The translations under genes and the position numbers were made by a program. A stretch of 64,000 bases of DNA from an uncultured delta proteobacterium (GTDB lineage: Bacteria > Myxococcota > B64-G9): NCBI GenBank assembly GCA_963754925.1, contig CAVWHX010000004.1, positions 192,001 to 256,000 on the forward strand, given 5' to 3'. Of this stretch, positions 38,544-48,761 are shown piece after piece. Below the pieces are notes generated by a model, which made no database searches, was not told the origin of the DNA, and saw nothing but the letters and a program-made list of their open reading frames with translations. The stretch's first letter is position 1; every line of letters starts with the position of its first letter.

Positions 38544-40367
38544 ATGGCTAGTCTATGGGTTGACCTTCGAGATGTTCGGTTCCAGTTGCTTGAGGTTATC
38601 AAGATCAGTGAAACCCTGCTCGGGAAGGGCCGTTTTTCAGACCATGATGTCGATACGGTGAACATGGTGTTGGATACTGCTGCAAAGTTTGCCGAGAACG
38701 AAATAGCCCCCACCTATCCCGATGAGGTTCAGAGAAAGCCGGTTGAAGCAATATTCAAGGACGGAAAGGTGGTTGTCCCCGAAGCGTATCATAACCTTTG
38801 GAAACTGTACGCCGAAGGCGGCTGGATTGCCGTGGCAGACTCCCCCGATGTCGGTGGCCAGTCGTTTCCAACCTGCGTGGCCGCCGCCTGCCAAAACATG
38901 TTCTTGGGTTCAAACCAAGCCTTCGTCATGTACCCGGGTCTCTCCCATGGCGCCGCACGGTTGATTCAAGACTTCTTCAGGCACCCTCTGCGCGAGACCA
39001 TTCTTGAGAAAATGTTTTCGGGCGTGTGGGGCGGCACCATGTGTTTGACCGAGCCGGGCGCCGGTTCGGATGTCGGCGCGCTCAAGAGCAAGGCCAAGAG
39101 AAACCCGGACGGCACGTTCTCCATGACCGGCACCAAGTGCTTTATCTCGGCCGGCGACCACAACCTGACAGAAAACATTATCCATCCGGTCCTGGCGCGC
39201 ATCGAAGGCGACCCGCGCGGATCCAAAGGCATATCGATTTTCGTCGTTCCCAAGATCAGGATCAATCCCGACGGCTCGTTGGGCGAGCCAAACGATGTTA
39301 GTTGCGGCGGCATCGAGAGCAAGATGGGCATCCATGGCAACGCCACCTGCACCCTCAACTTCGGCGACAATGGCAAGTGCATCGGCTACCTCATGGGCGA
39401 GGAGCGCGAGGGCATGAAGATCATGTTCCACATGATGAATGAAGAGCGCCAGGGCGTGGGAATGATGGGCGTCGCGCTCGCCTCTGCCGCCTACCTGCAC
39501 GCCCTTGACTACGCAAAACAGCGGCTCCAGGGTAGCAACATCATGTCCATGAAAGACCCCAACGCGCCCCAGGTGCCGATCATTCAGCACCCGGACGTGC
39601 GCCGTATGCTGCTCAAACAGAAGTCCATTACCGAAGGCATTCGGGCGCTGGCGTATTTTTGCTATTACTGCATGGACCGCGAAGCTATCGCCGAAAGCGA
39701 CAAAGAAAAGGAAAAATGGCACGGATGTATCGAGTTGCTCACCCCGATGGTAAAATCGTTCTGCACCGACATGGGAATGGTGGTATGCGATTTGGCCGTT
39801 CAGACCTACGGCGGATACGGTTACTGCCGCGAGTATCCCGTCGAGCAGATGATGCGCGATCAAAAGATCAATACGATTTACGAGGGCACCAACGGCATCC
39901 AGGCCATGGATCTGCTCGGCCGCAAGCTCGGCATGAAGAAGGGCATGTACTTCATGAACCTCATCGCTCTAACTCAGGAGACTATCGGCGAGGCCAAGGG
40001 CATTGCCAGCATCAAGGAAGAAGCCGAGGTCGTCGAAGGCGCCATGAACGCTGCCTCCTCGACCGCCCTGGCCTTCAGCGGGATGATTCGCACTAACCCC
40101 TTCGTGCCGCTTATCGCTGCGCAGGATTATCTGAACTGCCTGTCCGAGGCGCTCTGCGGATGGTTGCACCTTCAGATGGCCGCAGCCGCTGTCAAGGCTC
40201 TTCCCAAGGCCGGAAGCGAGAAGGACAAAGCCTTCTATAACGGCAAAATCGAAGGTGCCAAATTCTTCATCAACCGCATAGTCGCGCTCGTTCCCGCCAA
40301 GTGTGAATTGTTGAAAAAGGACGAAACCAGCGCCATGCGAATTTCAGAAGAAGGCTTCGCCGTCTAA
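38544..40367 (+). CDS. Acyl-CoA dehydrogenase
   Basis: TMCLTEPGAGSD, GTKCFIS, KMGIHG, GGYGY, IYEGTNGIQ. Confidence 0.95.
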   Translation: MASLWVDLRDVRFQLLEVIKISETLLGKGRFSDHDVDTVNMVLDTAAKFAENEIAPTYPDEVQRKPVEAIFKDGKVVVPEAYHNLWKLYAEGGWIAVADSPDVGGQSFPTCVAAACQNMFLGSNQAFVMYPGLSHGAARLIQDFFRHPLRETILEKMFSGVWGGTMCLTEPGAGSDVGALKSKAKRNPDGTFSMTGTKCFISAGDHNLTENIIHPVLARIEGDPRGSKGISIFVVPKIRINPDGSLGEPNDVSCGGIESKMGIHGNATCTLNFGDNGKCIGYLMGEEREGMKIMFHMMNEERQGVGMMGVALASAAYLHALDYAKQRLQGSNIMSMKDPNAPQVPIIQHPDVRRMLLKQKSITEGIRALAYFCYYCMDREAIAESDKEKEKWHGCIELLTPMVKSFCTDMGMVVCDLAVQTYGGYGYCREYPVEQMMRDQKINTIYEGTNGIQAMDLLGRKLGMKKGMYFMNLIALTQETIGEAKGIASIKEEAEVVEGAMNAASSTALAFSGMIRTNPFVPLIAAQDYLNCLSEALCGWLHLQMAAAAVKALPKAGSEKDKAFYNGKIEGAKFFINRIVALVPAKCELLKKDETSAMRISEEGFAV

Positions 40368-40538
40368 TCCCGCTGGTTAGAACGACTTAATACACCCCAG
40401 AAAATCCATTCAGGCACGCCGAGCAACATGATAAAAATTCAACTGTTGTCTCGCAATGATACACCAGATTTTTGACCTAGAACTCACCTCAAACTATAAT
40501 GATATAGGATGCTGCACCGCGTTGGCCGGGGGACAGAC

Positions 40539-41084
40539 ATGAATGTAAAAGGCTCAATCTTCGTTGATTTGGTAAAAATAATCAAAAGCGACAAGAGCGG
40601 CGTTTACGACACGTATCTGACAAACAGAGACCGAGATATCATCGACCATAAAATTTTTCCCAGCTCTTGGTATCCTTTTGAAACCTATAAACGCTGCTTG
40701 AATGCGATTTTTGAGGTCATTGCAAAAAAAGACCCCGAAGCGGCCAAAGAATGGGGTCGAGTCACCTGTAAAAAAGTCATGACCGGCGTTTATACTACGG
40801 TCATGAAAGGCTGCGACCCGCTCACCTATTTACAGAAATGCGAGACTATTAATAAGCAGTTTTACGATTTCGGTAAGACAGAAATTACTATCGAGGGAAA
40901 AAACCAAGCTATATACAAATTGTCCGGATTCGGTGCAGATTTTATTGTTTTTTATTATGTCAGCGAGGGATGGGTGGAGAGCGGCATAGAACTCTGCGGG
41001 GGAAAAAACATTAAAAGCGAGTTAGTCACCAAAAGTTGGGAGGGACAACCCTTTACCTCGATACGCTTCACGTGGACCCAATAG
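40539..41084 (+). CDS. Hypothetical protein (DUF2378/V4R-like)
   Basis: MNVKG start, SSWYP motif, GW..GIELCG..FTW end. Confidence 0.55.
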   Translation: MNVKGSIFVDLVKIIKSDKSGVYDTYLTNRDRDIIDHKIFPSSWYPFETYKRCLNAIFEVIAKKDPEAAKEWGRVTCKKVMTGVYTTVMKGCDPLTYLQKCETINKQFYDFGKTEITIEGKNQAIYKLSGFGADFIVFYYVSEGWVESGIELCGGKNIKSELVTKSWEGQPFTSIRFTWTQ

Positions 41085-41150
41085 AACTAATTGGAATTTA
41101 ATGGAAATTTAGTTTGGACAGCGTCAGCAGATTCTATGCTCATGGGTGAG

Positions 41151-42051
41151 CTATGGACAGGCTCCCTTCCAATTTCTAAGCATCTGGGCATATTCCTCAA
41201 ACCAAGGCGCAATACCGGTATATTCAACATTGTTGATATAGCAGTAAGCTAATCCTTTGCACCACGCGTCTATGGTCAGGTTGTAGGCGGTGTAGGCGTT
41301 ATACGAGTCATTGAATCCCGTGACGCCAATTTTAGATCCCCACTTCTGCTGAACAGCGCTCAGACTCTGCCCAATCCACGCCTCGCTCGATTGCATGAAG
41401 TCGGCACTACCCGAGGTGAAAAACCATTCATCAAAATCGTCAACCCCTACGTTCATCCAGACTATCATGCCGTAGCTGTGGGCCAGGTTGCTTAATTCAG
41501 TCAGGTAGTTCTTGGAAGCGGCATCGGGAAAGTCGGTGCACTCATCTATGAACACTCCATCAACGTGATCGATGGTGGCCATGTTGGTGATAAGTTTTTC
41601 GTTTGTGGCCAAACTGTACCACTGCGCGGCATAGTGATCATCCCCCCCGGATCCCTCATAACCACCTGATATATAACCAATTATCTTGATTCCGGCCGCA
41701 TGATAGCCAGCGATATCCTGAAGCAGCCAGGTAGCTGTGTATTTCGGGTTATCCATCTCTCCATATAAGCCATGCGGCGGATTATCGATGACAAACTCTG
41801 GCTTGATGCTAAGAATCCGCTCATCGTAAGGAACGTTCCCCAGCGTGTTGGAGTTAGAAGACTCGTCATGGTTGCCGTAAGATTTCATATTCATCCTAAG
41901 CATTCCACCTGGGGTTTGGGTGCAGTCGCCTCCCCCATTTCTACAAGCGGCTTTTTCCATGGATCGTATCCGTCCGACACAATTCACCGTCATGATGAAA
42001 AAGAAACGCGAGGATTATCCACAAGAACTGGGCGGCGACTCTATTGGACAT
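41151..42051 (-). CDS. Spherulin-4-like (GH135) glycoside hydrolase lipoprotein, frameshift near 42000
   Basis: IIGYIS, VDGVFIDE; upstream AGGA-ATG (42051) encodes a hydrophobic signal that joins TVNC after removing one T. Confidence 0.6.
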
Positions 42052-42137
42052 GAATTTCCTGTATCGATTCTTTTTATTAATAGAATACTATAGCACACTC
42101 TTTGACAATCTTCTCAAAATAGAAGAGGAGCCTGAAC

Positions 42138-42908
42138 ATGGAAGCAAAATACTTGTTACTTACGATTGAAGCAAAGGTGGCGACGGTCACTATTAATCGT
42201 CCCGAAAAGGGAAATTCCCTGGCGCCCGAGGTCCTTGAAGAAATCGCGGCGATGTTTATAAGTGTTTCTAAGCGTGAAGATGTCAATATCGTCATCTTCA
42301 CCGGAGGCGAGAAATATTTTTCCGCGGGTTTTGATCTCACCATCATCCGTACGCTTCAGAAAGTTTCCAACGAGGCCTATACCGCCCTTTTCCACCGAGC
42401 CTATCGATCGATTATGTTCTGCGAACAACCGGTCATCTGCGCCATCGGCGGGCCGGCCATCGCCGGCGGTTTCGACCTGACCATGATGTGCGACATCCGG
42501 TACGCCTCGGAACGGGCGAAATTTGGGCAGCGGGAAATTGTGCTTTCCTTAAACCCGACCATGGATCCGTTATGGCGAATCATCGGCCTTGGCAACGCCA
42601 TGGAGGTGGCCCTGACCGGGCGGATCTACGATGCGCAGGAGGCGCTGCGCATGGGCTATGTCTCGAGAGTCTTCCCCGAGGGGAAGCTGCTTGAAGAAGT
42701 CACCGCCATCGCCCGCGAAATGGCCACCTATGACCGGGGCTGCCTGAAGGAAACCAAGCAGCTGACCCACAACACGTTGAACTCAGGTCTGGATCAATCC
42801 ATGCGGCTTCAGGAATGGCTCTTCAGATCGTACATCGGCTCTGACGACAATCATGAGCGGATCGATGGGCTCCAAGCGAAACTAGCGGTCATGCGGAAGA
42901 ACAAGTAA
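42138..42908 (+). CDS. Enoyl-CoA hydratase/isomerase
   Basis: INRPEKGNSL, FSAGFDL, AIAGG, CDIR. Confidence 0.9.
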   Translation: MEAKYLLLTIEAKVATVTINRPEKGNSLAPEVLEEIAAMFISVSKREDVNIVIFTGGEKYFSAGFDLTIIRTLQKVSNEAYTALFHRAYRSIMFCEQPVICAIGGPAIAGGFDLTMMCDIRYASERAKFGQREIVLSLNPTMDPLWRIIGLGNAMEVALTGRIYDAQEALRMGYVSRVFPEGKLLEEVTAIAREMATYDRGCLKETKQLTHNTLNSGLDQSMRLQEWLFRSYIGSDDNHERIDGLQAKLAVMRKNK

Positions 42909-42953
42909 CCACTAACGATTATATTCTAGGTTGACCTCGTACCGTAGATTACG

Positions 42954-44198
42954 CTATCCAACCGATGAGTAACTCTGGAGTTCATCCCGTCCTAAACGGG
43001 TCAGCGCCTCGGAGACTCCCATCACCCTTCCAAAACCATACGAGATATTACGCAGGCTCGCCAAGTGCATTTGATCGTCGGCAGTGGCTGTTCCGTCGCC
43101 CAGGAAGAAGACTCCGAAATCGCGTACAAAGGCGCTGCGGGCCGTGGTCTCGCAACACAAATTCGTCAACACGCCGCCGATCAGCAAATCCTCGATCTCA
43201 AGCGCGCGCAGGATCGATTCGAGCGGAGTGCCCACAAAGGCGTCGTAGCGGCACTTCTCAATTACTCGCTCTCCCGGCCGGGGGCGTAATGCGTCGCAGA
43301 GCTCAGCGTCCCGCGTTCCCTCTAAAATGAGGCTCCGCCACCAACGGGCGAGCTGTCCGCCATCCTCATGGGGAGATCGGTGCACGTGGCGGGTGAAAAT
43401 CACCGGTACCTCCTCTTCGCGACAGACCGCTATCAATTCAGCCAAACGCGCAGCGACCGCTGGCGCACGCGGCAGGAAACTGGCGCCGTCCGGCTCGACA
43501 AACACCCGCTGCATATCGATCACAAGGAGAGCGGCGCGCTCGGGCCGGAAGGTGCGCTCGGGTCGATCGTAATCAGCGATCGCCGCCATCCAGTCGAGAT
43601 CCCCGCTGCCGGAAGACACCGCTACCACCGGACGAAGTTCGTTGCTTTGCTTGCGGCCGGCTGGAATACGCTCACGCGACGTACTCGTCGGCGGTGAATT
43701 CTCGGCCGCCACCCCTTCTCGCTGTAGCCATTCAGAAATGTATGCAAAGATTTCGGCATCTTTAAAGGTAAACCATTGCGATCGCACATCCGGATAATCA
43801 AGAAGTAGGTCCTTGAAGCGCCTGAAGGCTCCCTTACCCACCAATGCTCCGGCAAGGCGCTCACGGAGTGCCGGATCAGAAACACGGTCTAGAAACCGTT
43901 GCATGGTCCGATACCCTTCGCGAGAAGGCCGCGGGGGGATTAATATTGTGGTCTCCGGCGGACCCGGTGGAATGGGTGCATCACCCCCGCGGGTGACGAC
44001 CGTCTGCACTCGACCGCTCTCCAGATCGAGAAAACTGTGTGAGTCGGCCAGTTGGTTTTCAAACGCCACCGCGAGTCCCTCCCAGTCGACCGATAGGCGC
44101 ACCCTGACTTCCCTAGGCGTTGGTACTTCTGGAACAACAACCGTGGAACCATTCCCAAAATCGTTCATGACTATAACCTCCCATCGTTCATCGGGCAC
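42954..44198 (-). CDS. UPF0158-domain / isochorismatase-family hydrolase fusion
   Basis: FLDLESG, EGYRTMQRF, GKGAFRRFKD, then ALLVIDMQ, K.RYDAF, TNLCCETTARSA. Confidence 0.8.
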   Translation of the reverse strand: MPDERWEVIVMNDFGNGSTVVVPEVPTPREVRVRLSVDWEGLAVAFENQLADSHSFLDLESGRVQTVVTRGGDAPIPPGPPETTILIPPRPSREGYRTMQRFLDRVSDPALRERLAGALVGKGAFRRFKDLLLDYPDVRSQWFTFKDAEIFAYISEWLQREGVAAENSPPTSTSRERIPAGRKQSNELRPVVAVSSGSGDLDWMAAIADYDRPERTFRPERAALLVIDMQRVFVEPDGASFLPRAPAVAARLAELIAVCREEEVPVIFTRHVHRSPHEDGGQLARWWRSLILEGTRDAELCDALRPRPGERVIEKCRYDAFVGTPLESILRALEIEDLLIGGVLTNLCCETTARSAFVRDFGVFFLGDGTATADDQMHLASLRNISYGFGRVMGVSEALTRLGRDELQSYSSVG

Positions 44199-44638
44199 AA
44201 GGCCCGTAACCCCCTCCGGGGGATCAATAAAAAAACCCCTTTGAACACCTAATTATTCCTATCTCCCTCTACATAACCTCATTTTTATTCACGGGTTCAA
44301 CTGAAAAGAACGCACATGGTGAATATTTTTCCCTCATGAAACCGCCATTCATCGATGTCTTTCTTCGATAAAAGGACAATGTCTTTAACAAACACGACCC
44401 TATTTCGGCTGGACCCCCAGGTGCCCGTGATCTGAAAATCCCACCCGGGATTTCCGGCTGTGTCACCGCTAATTATATCCCACCGGATGAAAAATGCCAT
44501 TGCATTTTTTTTGATTTATCTTCCCTCGGCCCGTATATACCTTTTTGCTGCTCGTCGGATAGAGCGTTGACTGACAGTACGTTTTATGTAACATCAGTTT
44601 TCCTGCTTTGGGCAGGGCATGGCTGAAGGAGTGTTTAC

Positions 44639-46706
44639 GTGGCTACGAAATCATCCGGCGCGCAACTGAAAATCCGCAACATCGGTATCATAGCCCACAT
44701 TGATGCCGGCAAGACCACCGTCAGCGAACGCTTCTTGTATTATACCGGGGTCATTCACCGCATGGGAGAGGTTCACGACGGCCAGGCCACCATGGACTGG
44801 ATGCCCCAGGAACAGGAACGGGGAATTACCATAACGGCTGCGGTCACCACGATGCCCTGGCGCAAACACGACATTCATTTGATCGACACCCCCGGCCACG
44901 TGGATTTTACCATCGAGGTTGAACGCTCATTAAGGGTGCTCGATAGCGCGGTGGTGGTGTTTTGCGCCGTGGGCGGGGTTGAACCGCAGTCAGAGACGGT
45001 TTGGCACCAGGCCAACCGCTACGCCATTCCGCGTTTAGCCTTTATCAACAAAATGGACCGCGTTGGCGCTGACTTCGAGGGCTGCCTTAACCAGATGCGC
45101 GCCCGTCTGGGAGCCAACCCACTTGCAATCCAGTTGCCGCTGGGCGCCGAAGAACGATTCGTCGGGGTAATCGATTTGATTGAGATGAAGGCGCTACGTT
45201 GGCACTCCGAGGACTTGGGCGCCACGTTTACCAGCGAGCCGATCCCCGGCGAGTTCATCGACGAGGCCACGTTGTGGCATGAACAGTTGATTGAAAAGTT
45301 GGCGGATGGCGATGATCACCTGGCCGAGTTGTACCTTGCGGGTCAGCCGATTCCCACCGAGATCATGAGAACCTCCCTCCGTAAACTATGCCTCGCCAAC
45401 CGCGCGGTGCCGGTCTTATGCGGCTCGGCTTTACGCAACAAGGGCATTCAACCGTTGCTCGATGCCGTCGTCGATTTCCTGCCGGCGCCGGTGGAGCTTC
45501 CGCCGATGCGCGGCGTCAATCCTAAAACCGGCGAGTCGGTCGAGTTCGCGCGGACCCGCGAGGCACCCTTCACCGGCTTGGCTTTTAAAGTGCAACTCTG
45601 GGAAGGCCGTAAACATACCTACCTGAGGATCTACTCGGGCAGCCTATCAGACGGTGAAACGATCTTCAACGCCGACAAAGATGAAGACGAGAAGATTGCA
45701 CGTCTGTTGCGTCTGCACGCGGATAAAAAAGAACGACTACAGCGCGCCTTTGCCGGTGATATTGTCGGCGTGGTGGGACTCAAGCTGGCCACGACCGGCG
45801 ACACGCTCTGCACCCGGGAGCACCCGGTTATTTTTAGTAAGATGAACATCATGACGCCGGTTATTTCCGTCGCGGTGGAGCCCAAGACCAACCAAGACGA
45901 GGAAAAATTCCAGGAAACGCTCTCCAAGATGGCCGACGAGGATCCTACCTTCAAGGCCGCACGGGATTCAGACACCGGCCAGATGATTCTCAGCGGCATG
46001 GGCGAGTTGCATTTGGAAATTATTATCGACCGGATTAAAAGGGAGTTCAATCTCGAGGTCAATGTCGGCAAGCCGCAAGTCGTCATGCGTGAGACGCTCG
46101 CCGGCGCTGGTGAAGCGAGCGAGTCGTTCGAGCGCTCGTTTGACGATGGATCATCAAAGGGCAAACTTCTTTTTGCTGGCGTCACCCTCCATGGCCGGCC
46201 GCTACCCCGGGGTCAGGGCATAGAGCTCGAAAATCTGGTAACGCTCACGCCCGCGGGCGCGCCGTTACCCGAAGAATGGAGCCGGGCGTTGGAAGAGGGG
46301 GTGCGCGAGGCGCTCGGCTCGGGCCCCAAGACCGGGTATCCGATGGAGGACCTGCATATCACGTTCAAGGCTATTCAACGTGCGCGAAGGTCAAACCGAG
46401 CCGATCGCGCTTCACGTCGCCGCGGGAGCCGCTTTCCGCAAGCTGTGCGGAAAGGCAGGGACGGTGCCGTTGCTGCCGGTCATGGCGCTCGAGGTGGTCA
46501 GCCCGGACGAATTCGTAGGCTCTGTCATCGGCGATATTAATTCACGCGGGGGCAAGATCGAGGACGTTGAGCGTCGCGCCAGTCGAACCATTGTCAAAGC
46601 GCGGGCGCCGATGACCCGCATGTTCGGCTACTCAACCGACCTGCGCTCCCTGACCGAGGGACGGGCGACCTTCAGCATGAGTTTTCTCGAGTTCGATGCG
46701 CTATGA
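44639..46706 (+). CDS. fusA: Elongation factor G paralogue, frameshift near 46379
   Basis: [31 protein letters not shown]; domain V ([14 protein letters not shown]) lies in ORF 46380-46706. Confidence 0.88.
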
Positions 46707-46708
46707 AT

Positions 46709-47200
46709 CTACCAGCCGACGAGCGATAATCCCACACCGCCGGCGAGCGCATTTTGCGAGTCCCTCAACAAGAGGGGAGAAACATCCACCCAAGGTCCAC
46801 GATGCTCTCCATATTCGCTTGGTAGACTGCTGGACCAAATGGCCGAAGCGATCGTTATGACTCCAACCCCAATCATGGTTCCGGCAAGTGCGTAACAGGC
46901 ACCCTTTCCCCGGGGTTTATCGGACATCACGCTGATTGCAGGAAAAGCCCAGAGCCCGATCAAGCCACCTATCGTGTTCAGTGAGCCAGTTATATAGCCG
47001 CCAATACGCCAGGCAGCTGGAGCCCGGTAACCTTTACCGACATAAACAAAATTCCCAACAGCAAAGGTCGTGGAAACAGCAGTCGGACCCATCGACATGG
47101 CCCAAATGAAAGGCGAGACATCGGATGCCGATCCGTACGTCCGTCCGGGTACGAGAGCAATAAACCAGATTGCGCTGACAATTAGAAATAGCTTCCTCAT
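46709..47200 (-). CDS. Exported/membrane hypothetical protein
   Basis: Signal peptide, Gly-rich helices, terminal Trp; GGAG SD and an upstream sigma54 site. Confidence 0.65.
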   Translation of the reverse strand: MRKLFLIVSAIWFIALVPGRTYGSASDVSPFIWAMSMGPTAVSTTFAVGNFVYVGKGYRAPAAWRIGGYITGSLNTIGGLIGLWAFPAISVMSDKPRGKGACYALAGTMIGVGVITIASAIWSSSLPSEYGEHRGPWVDVSPLLLRDSQNALAGGVGLSLVGW

Positions 47201-47259
47201 AATTTCTCCAATGAATCTTATTTATTTTCAGTTAATCATTTCTCTTACCGTATGGATAG

Positions 47260-47305
47260 AGCAATCCACATGCCAACAATTTACAAATTATTAATCAAAT
47301 AGTTA
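47260..47305 (-). promoter_or_regulatory. sigma54 promoter with IHF site
   Basis: Minus strand TGGCAT-GTGGA-TTGCT (47260-47275); AATCAAATAGTTA (47293-47305) matches WATCAAnnnnTTR. Confidence 0.7.
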
Positions 47306-47464
47306 TATAGACTCAACGTAGCATTAAACGTGTGAATATAAGCTACGCTCAGTAGTGATTTCTTCACATATCTTCATCGGTTATCAGATGAACAATCATC
47401 AAGATGCCGTACCGACATTTAATGTTGACAGCATCAGACGGTTTTGTTAGAGAGGCTTGCGCTG

Positions 47465-47492
47465 TTGCGCCAACCAATGGGTTAGGTATAAT
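47465..47492 (+). promoter_or_regulatory. sigma70-type promoter for the tRNA pair
   Basis: TTGCGC-N16-TATAAT; a second TTGACA at 47425. Confidence 0.5.
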
Positions 47493-47580
47493 ACGTTTAG
47501 TTCTTTGGTAGTTACCAGAATGAGTGAAAAAGAAGGTGTGGCAGGGCCTCTGAAATACATGACTACGTCGTCATGTAGAT

Positions 47581-47701
47581 ACAGAGCAACAGAACGAAGC
47601 AGACCGAGAAGCAACGAAGACGAGGAGCGAGGCGTGCTTCAGGTACGCCGCAGTGACGAGTCGAGGAAGCGACAAAGGTATGCGAAGTTATGTTGCTCTG
47701 T
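47581..47701. mobile_element. MITE-like element (121 bp)
   Basis: Perfect 11-bp terminal inverted repeat ACAGAGCAACA/TGTTGCTCTGT; central GGCGTGC..GTACGCC hairpin. Confidence 0.5.
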
Positions 47702-47709
47702 GAGGTCAC

Positions 47710-47781
47710 GGGCGGGTAGCTCAGTGGGAGAGCATCGGCCTTACAAGCCGGGGGTCGCAGGTTCAAGCCCTGTCCCGCCTA
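47710..47781 (+). tRNA. tRNA-Val(TAC), CCA not encoded
   Basis: GGGCGGG/CCCGCCT acceptor stem, TAGCTCAG, anticodon loop CTTACAA, GGTTCAAG. Confidence 0.95.
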
Positions 47782-47786
47782 TGGTA

Positions 47787-47876
47787 TTAGAGGCTCTTAC
47801 GAACGCAGTGAGTTAGAGCCTCCAAGAAATTCTTGCTTCACAAGGTGAAGCTTAGAATTTCTTGCCCCGATAGGGG
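47787..47876 (+). repeat. Composite modular hairpin repeat (two modules plus CCCC/GGGG hairpin)
   Basis: TTAG-AGGCTC-TT..TTA-GAGCCT; CAAGAAATTC-TT-GCTTCAC..GTGAAGC-TTA-GAATTTCTTG; CCCC-GATA-GGGG. Confidence 0.75.
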
Positions 47877-47887
47877 AATGGTTACGC

Positions 47888-47965
47888 GGGGCCGTAGTTA
47901 AAGTTGGTTATAACGCCGGCCTGTCACGTCGGAGGGCACGGGTTCGAATCCCGTCGGCCCCGCCA
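47888..47965 (+). tRNA. tRNA-Asp(GTC)
   Basis: GGGGCCG/CGGCCCC acceptor stem, loop CTGTCAC, GGTTCGAATC, encoded CCA. Confidence 0.95.
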
Positions 47966-48021
47966 TTTTGGACTGCCGGGCTGAAGTATTCGCCCGGCGG
48001 TTTGTTGTTCCAAGGAGCGGC

Positions 48022-48747
48022 ATGCGCTTATTCGTGATCGTTGCGTGTTTAGCAATCGCGGTGATCGTGACGCTGGCTCTTTTGGTCTGGCAAGGACCTT
48101 CCCGGAAGTTAGAAAGCGCCGCTCCCGCAACGTCTGCACCTGAGGAAAATCCAGAGGCTCGCCCAATCAGGAGGCCCTCAACCAACGTTAATCCCGAATC
48201 AACCGGCGATGCGCAGGATCAGGCTGGCGAAAATCCCAACGAAAAAAACATCGAGAAGTTCGGTCAAGAGTTTGAACAAAAATGGTACAAAGACCGCGAA
48301 CTGCTGGGGCCTGAGCGTCACCGCGAGATGGAACAACTATGGCTTGAGGGCCGACGACCTCGCGGAGATCCCCAGGCAATCGAACGGCTCGAAAAATTGT
48401 TGGTCGATTATCCGGATACCAACCGGGCCGGCTGCGCAGCCTATGAGCTCGGCTACCACTATCTTCGGAACCGTCAATTAGACGAACAGGAAGGCCGCAG
48501 CCGGGCCGAGTACTATTGGCGCATGATCGATGATCGCTACCGCGACACGCTCTGTGAATACAACGAACCGGCCGATGCCATGGCTAAGTACTCATTGGTA
48601 AGCTGGATCTATCGCTATACCGATCAAGCGCTCGCCCGGCGCTCGTTAAACGAGTTGATAACCCAAAACCAGGGTGAGACCGACCACCTTGGCCAACCCA
48701 TCGACCTGTTGGCCAAACACATGCTCGAGATCATGGATGAAAAATAG
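48022..48747 (+). CDS. Membrane-anchored helical (TPR-like) hypothetical protein
   Basis: AAGGAG SD, N-terminal TM, YPDT..A.AAYELG TPR-like pattern. Confidence 0.65.
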   Translation: MRLFVIVACLAIAVIVTLALLVWQGPSRKLESAAPATSAPEENPEARPIRRPSTNVNPESTGDAQDQAGENPNEKNIEKFGQEFEQKWYKDRELLGPERHREMEQLWLEGRRPRGDPQAIERLEKLLVDYPDTNRAGCAAYELGYHYLRNRQLDEQEGRSRAEYYWRMIDDRYRDTLCEYNEPADAMAKYSLVSWIYRYTDQALARRSLNELITQNQGETDHLGQPIDLLAKHMLEIMDEK

Positions 48748-48761
48748 GACTTACAACGCCC

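Noticed and set aside
44200..44630. Small ORFs or ncRNA in the intergenic region before fusA
   Set aside because: Short ORFs lack recognisable motifs and the hairpins are weak; most likely a divergent promoter region
47710..47965. Prophage or island integration at the tRNAs
   Set aside because: No integrase and no duplicated tRNA 3' end seen in the window
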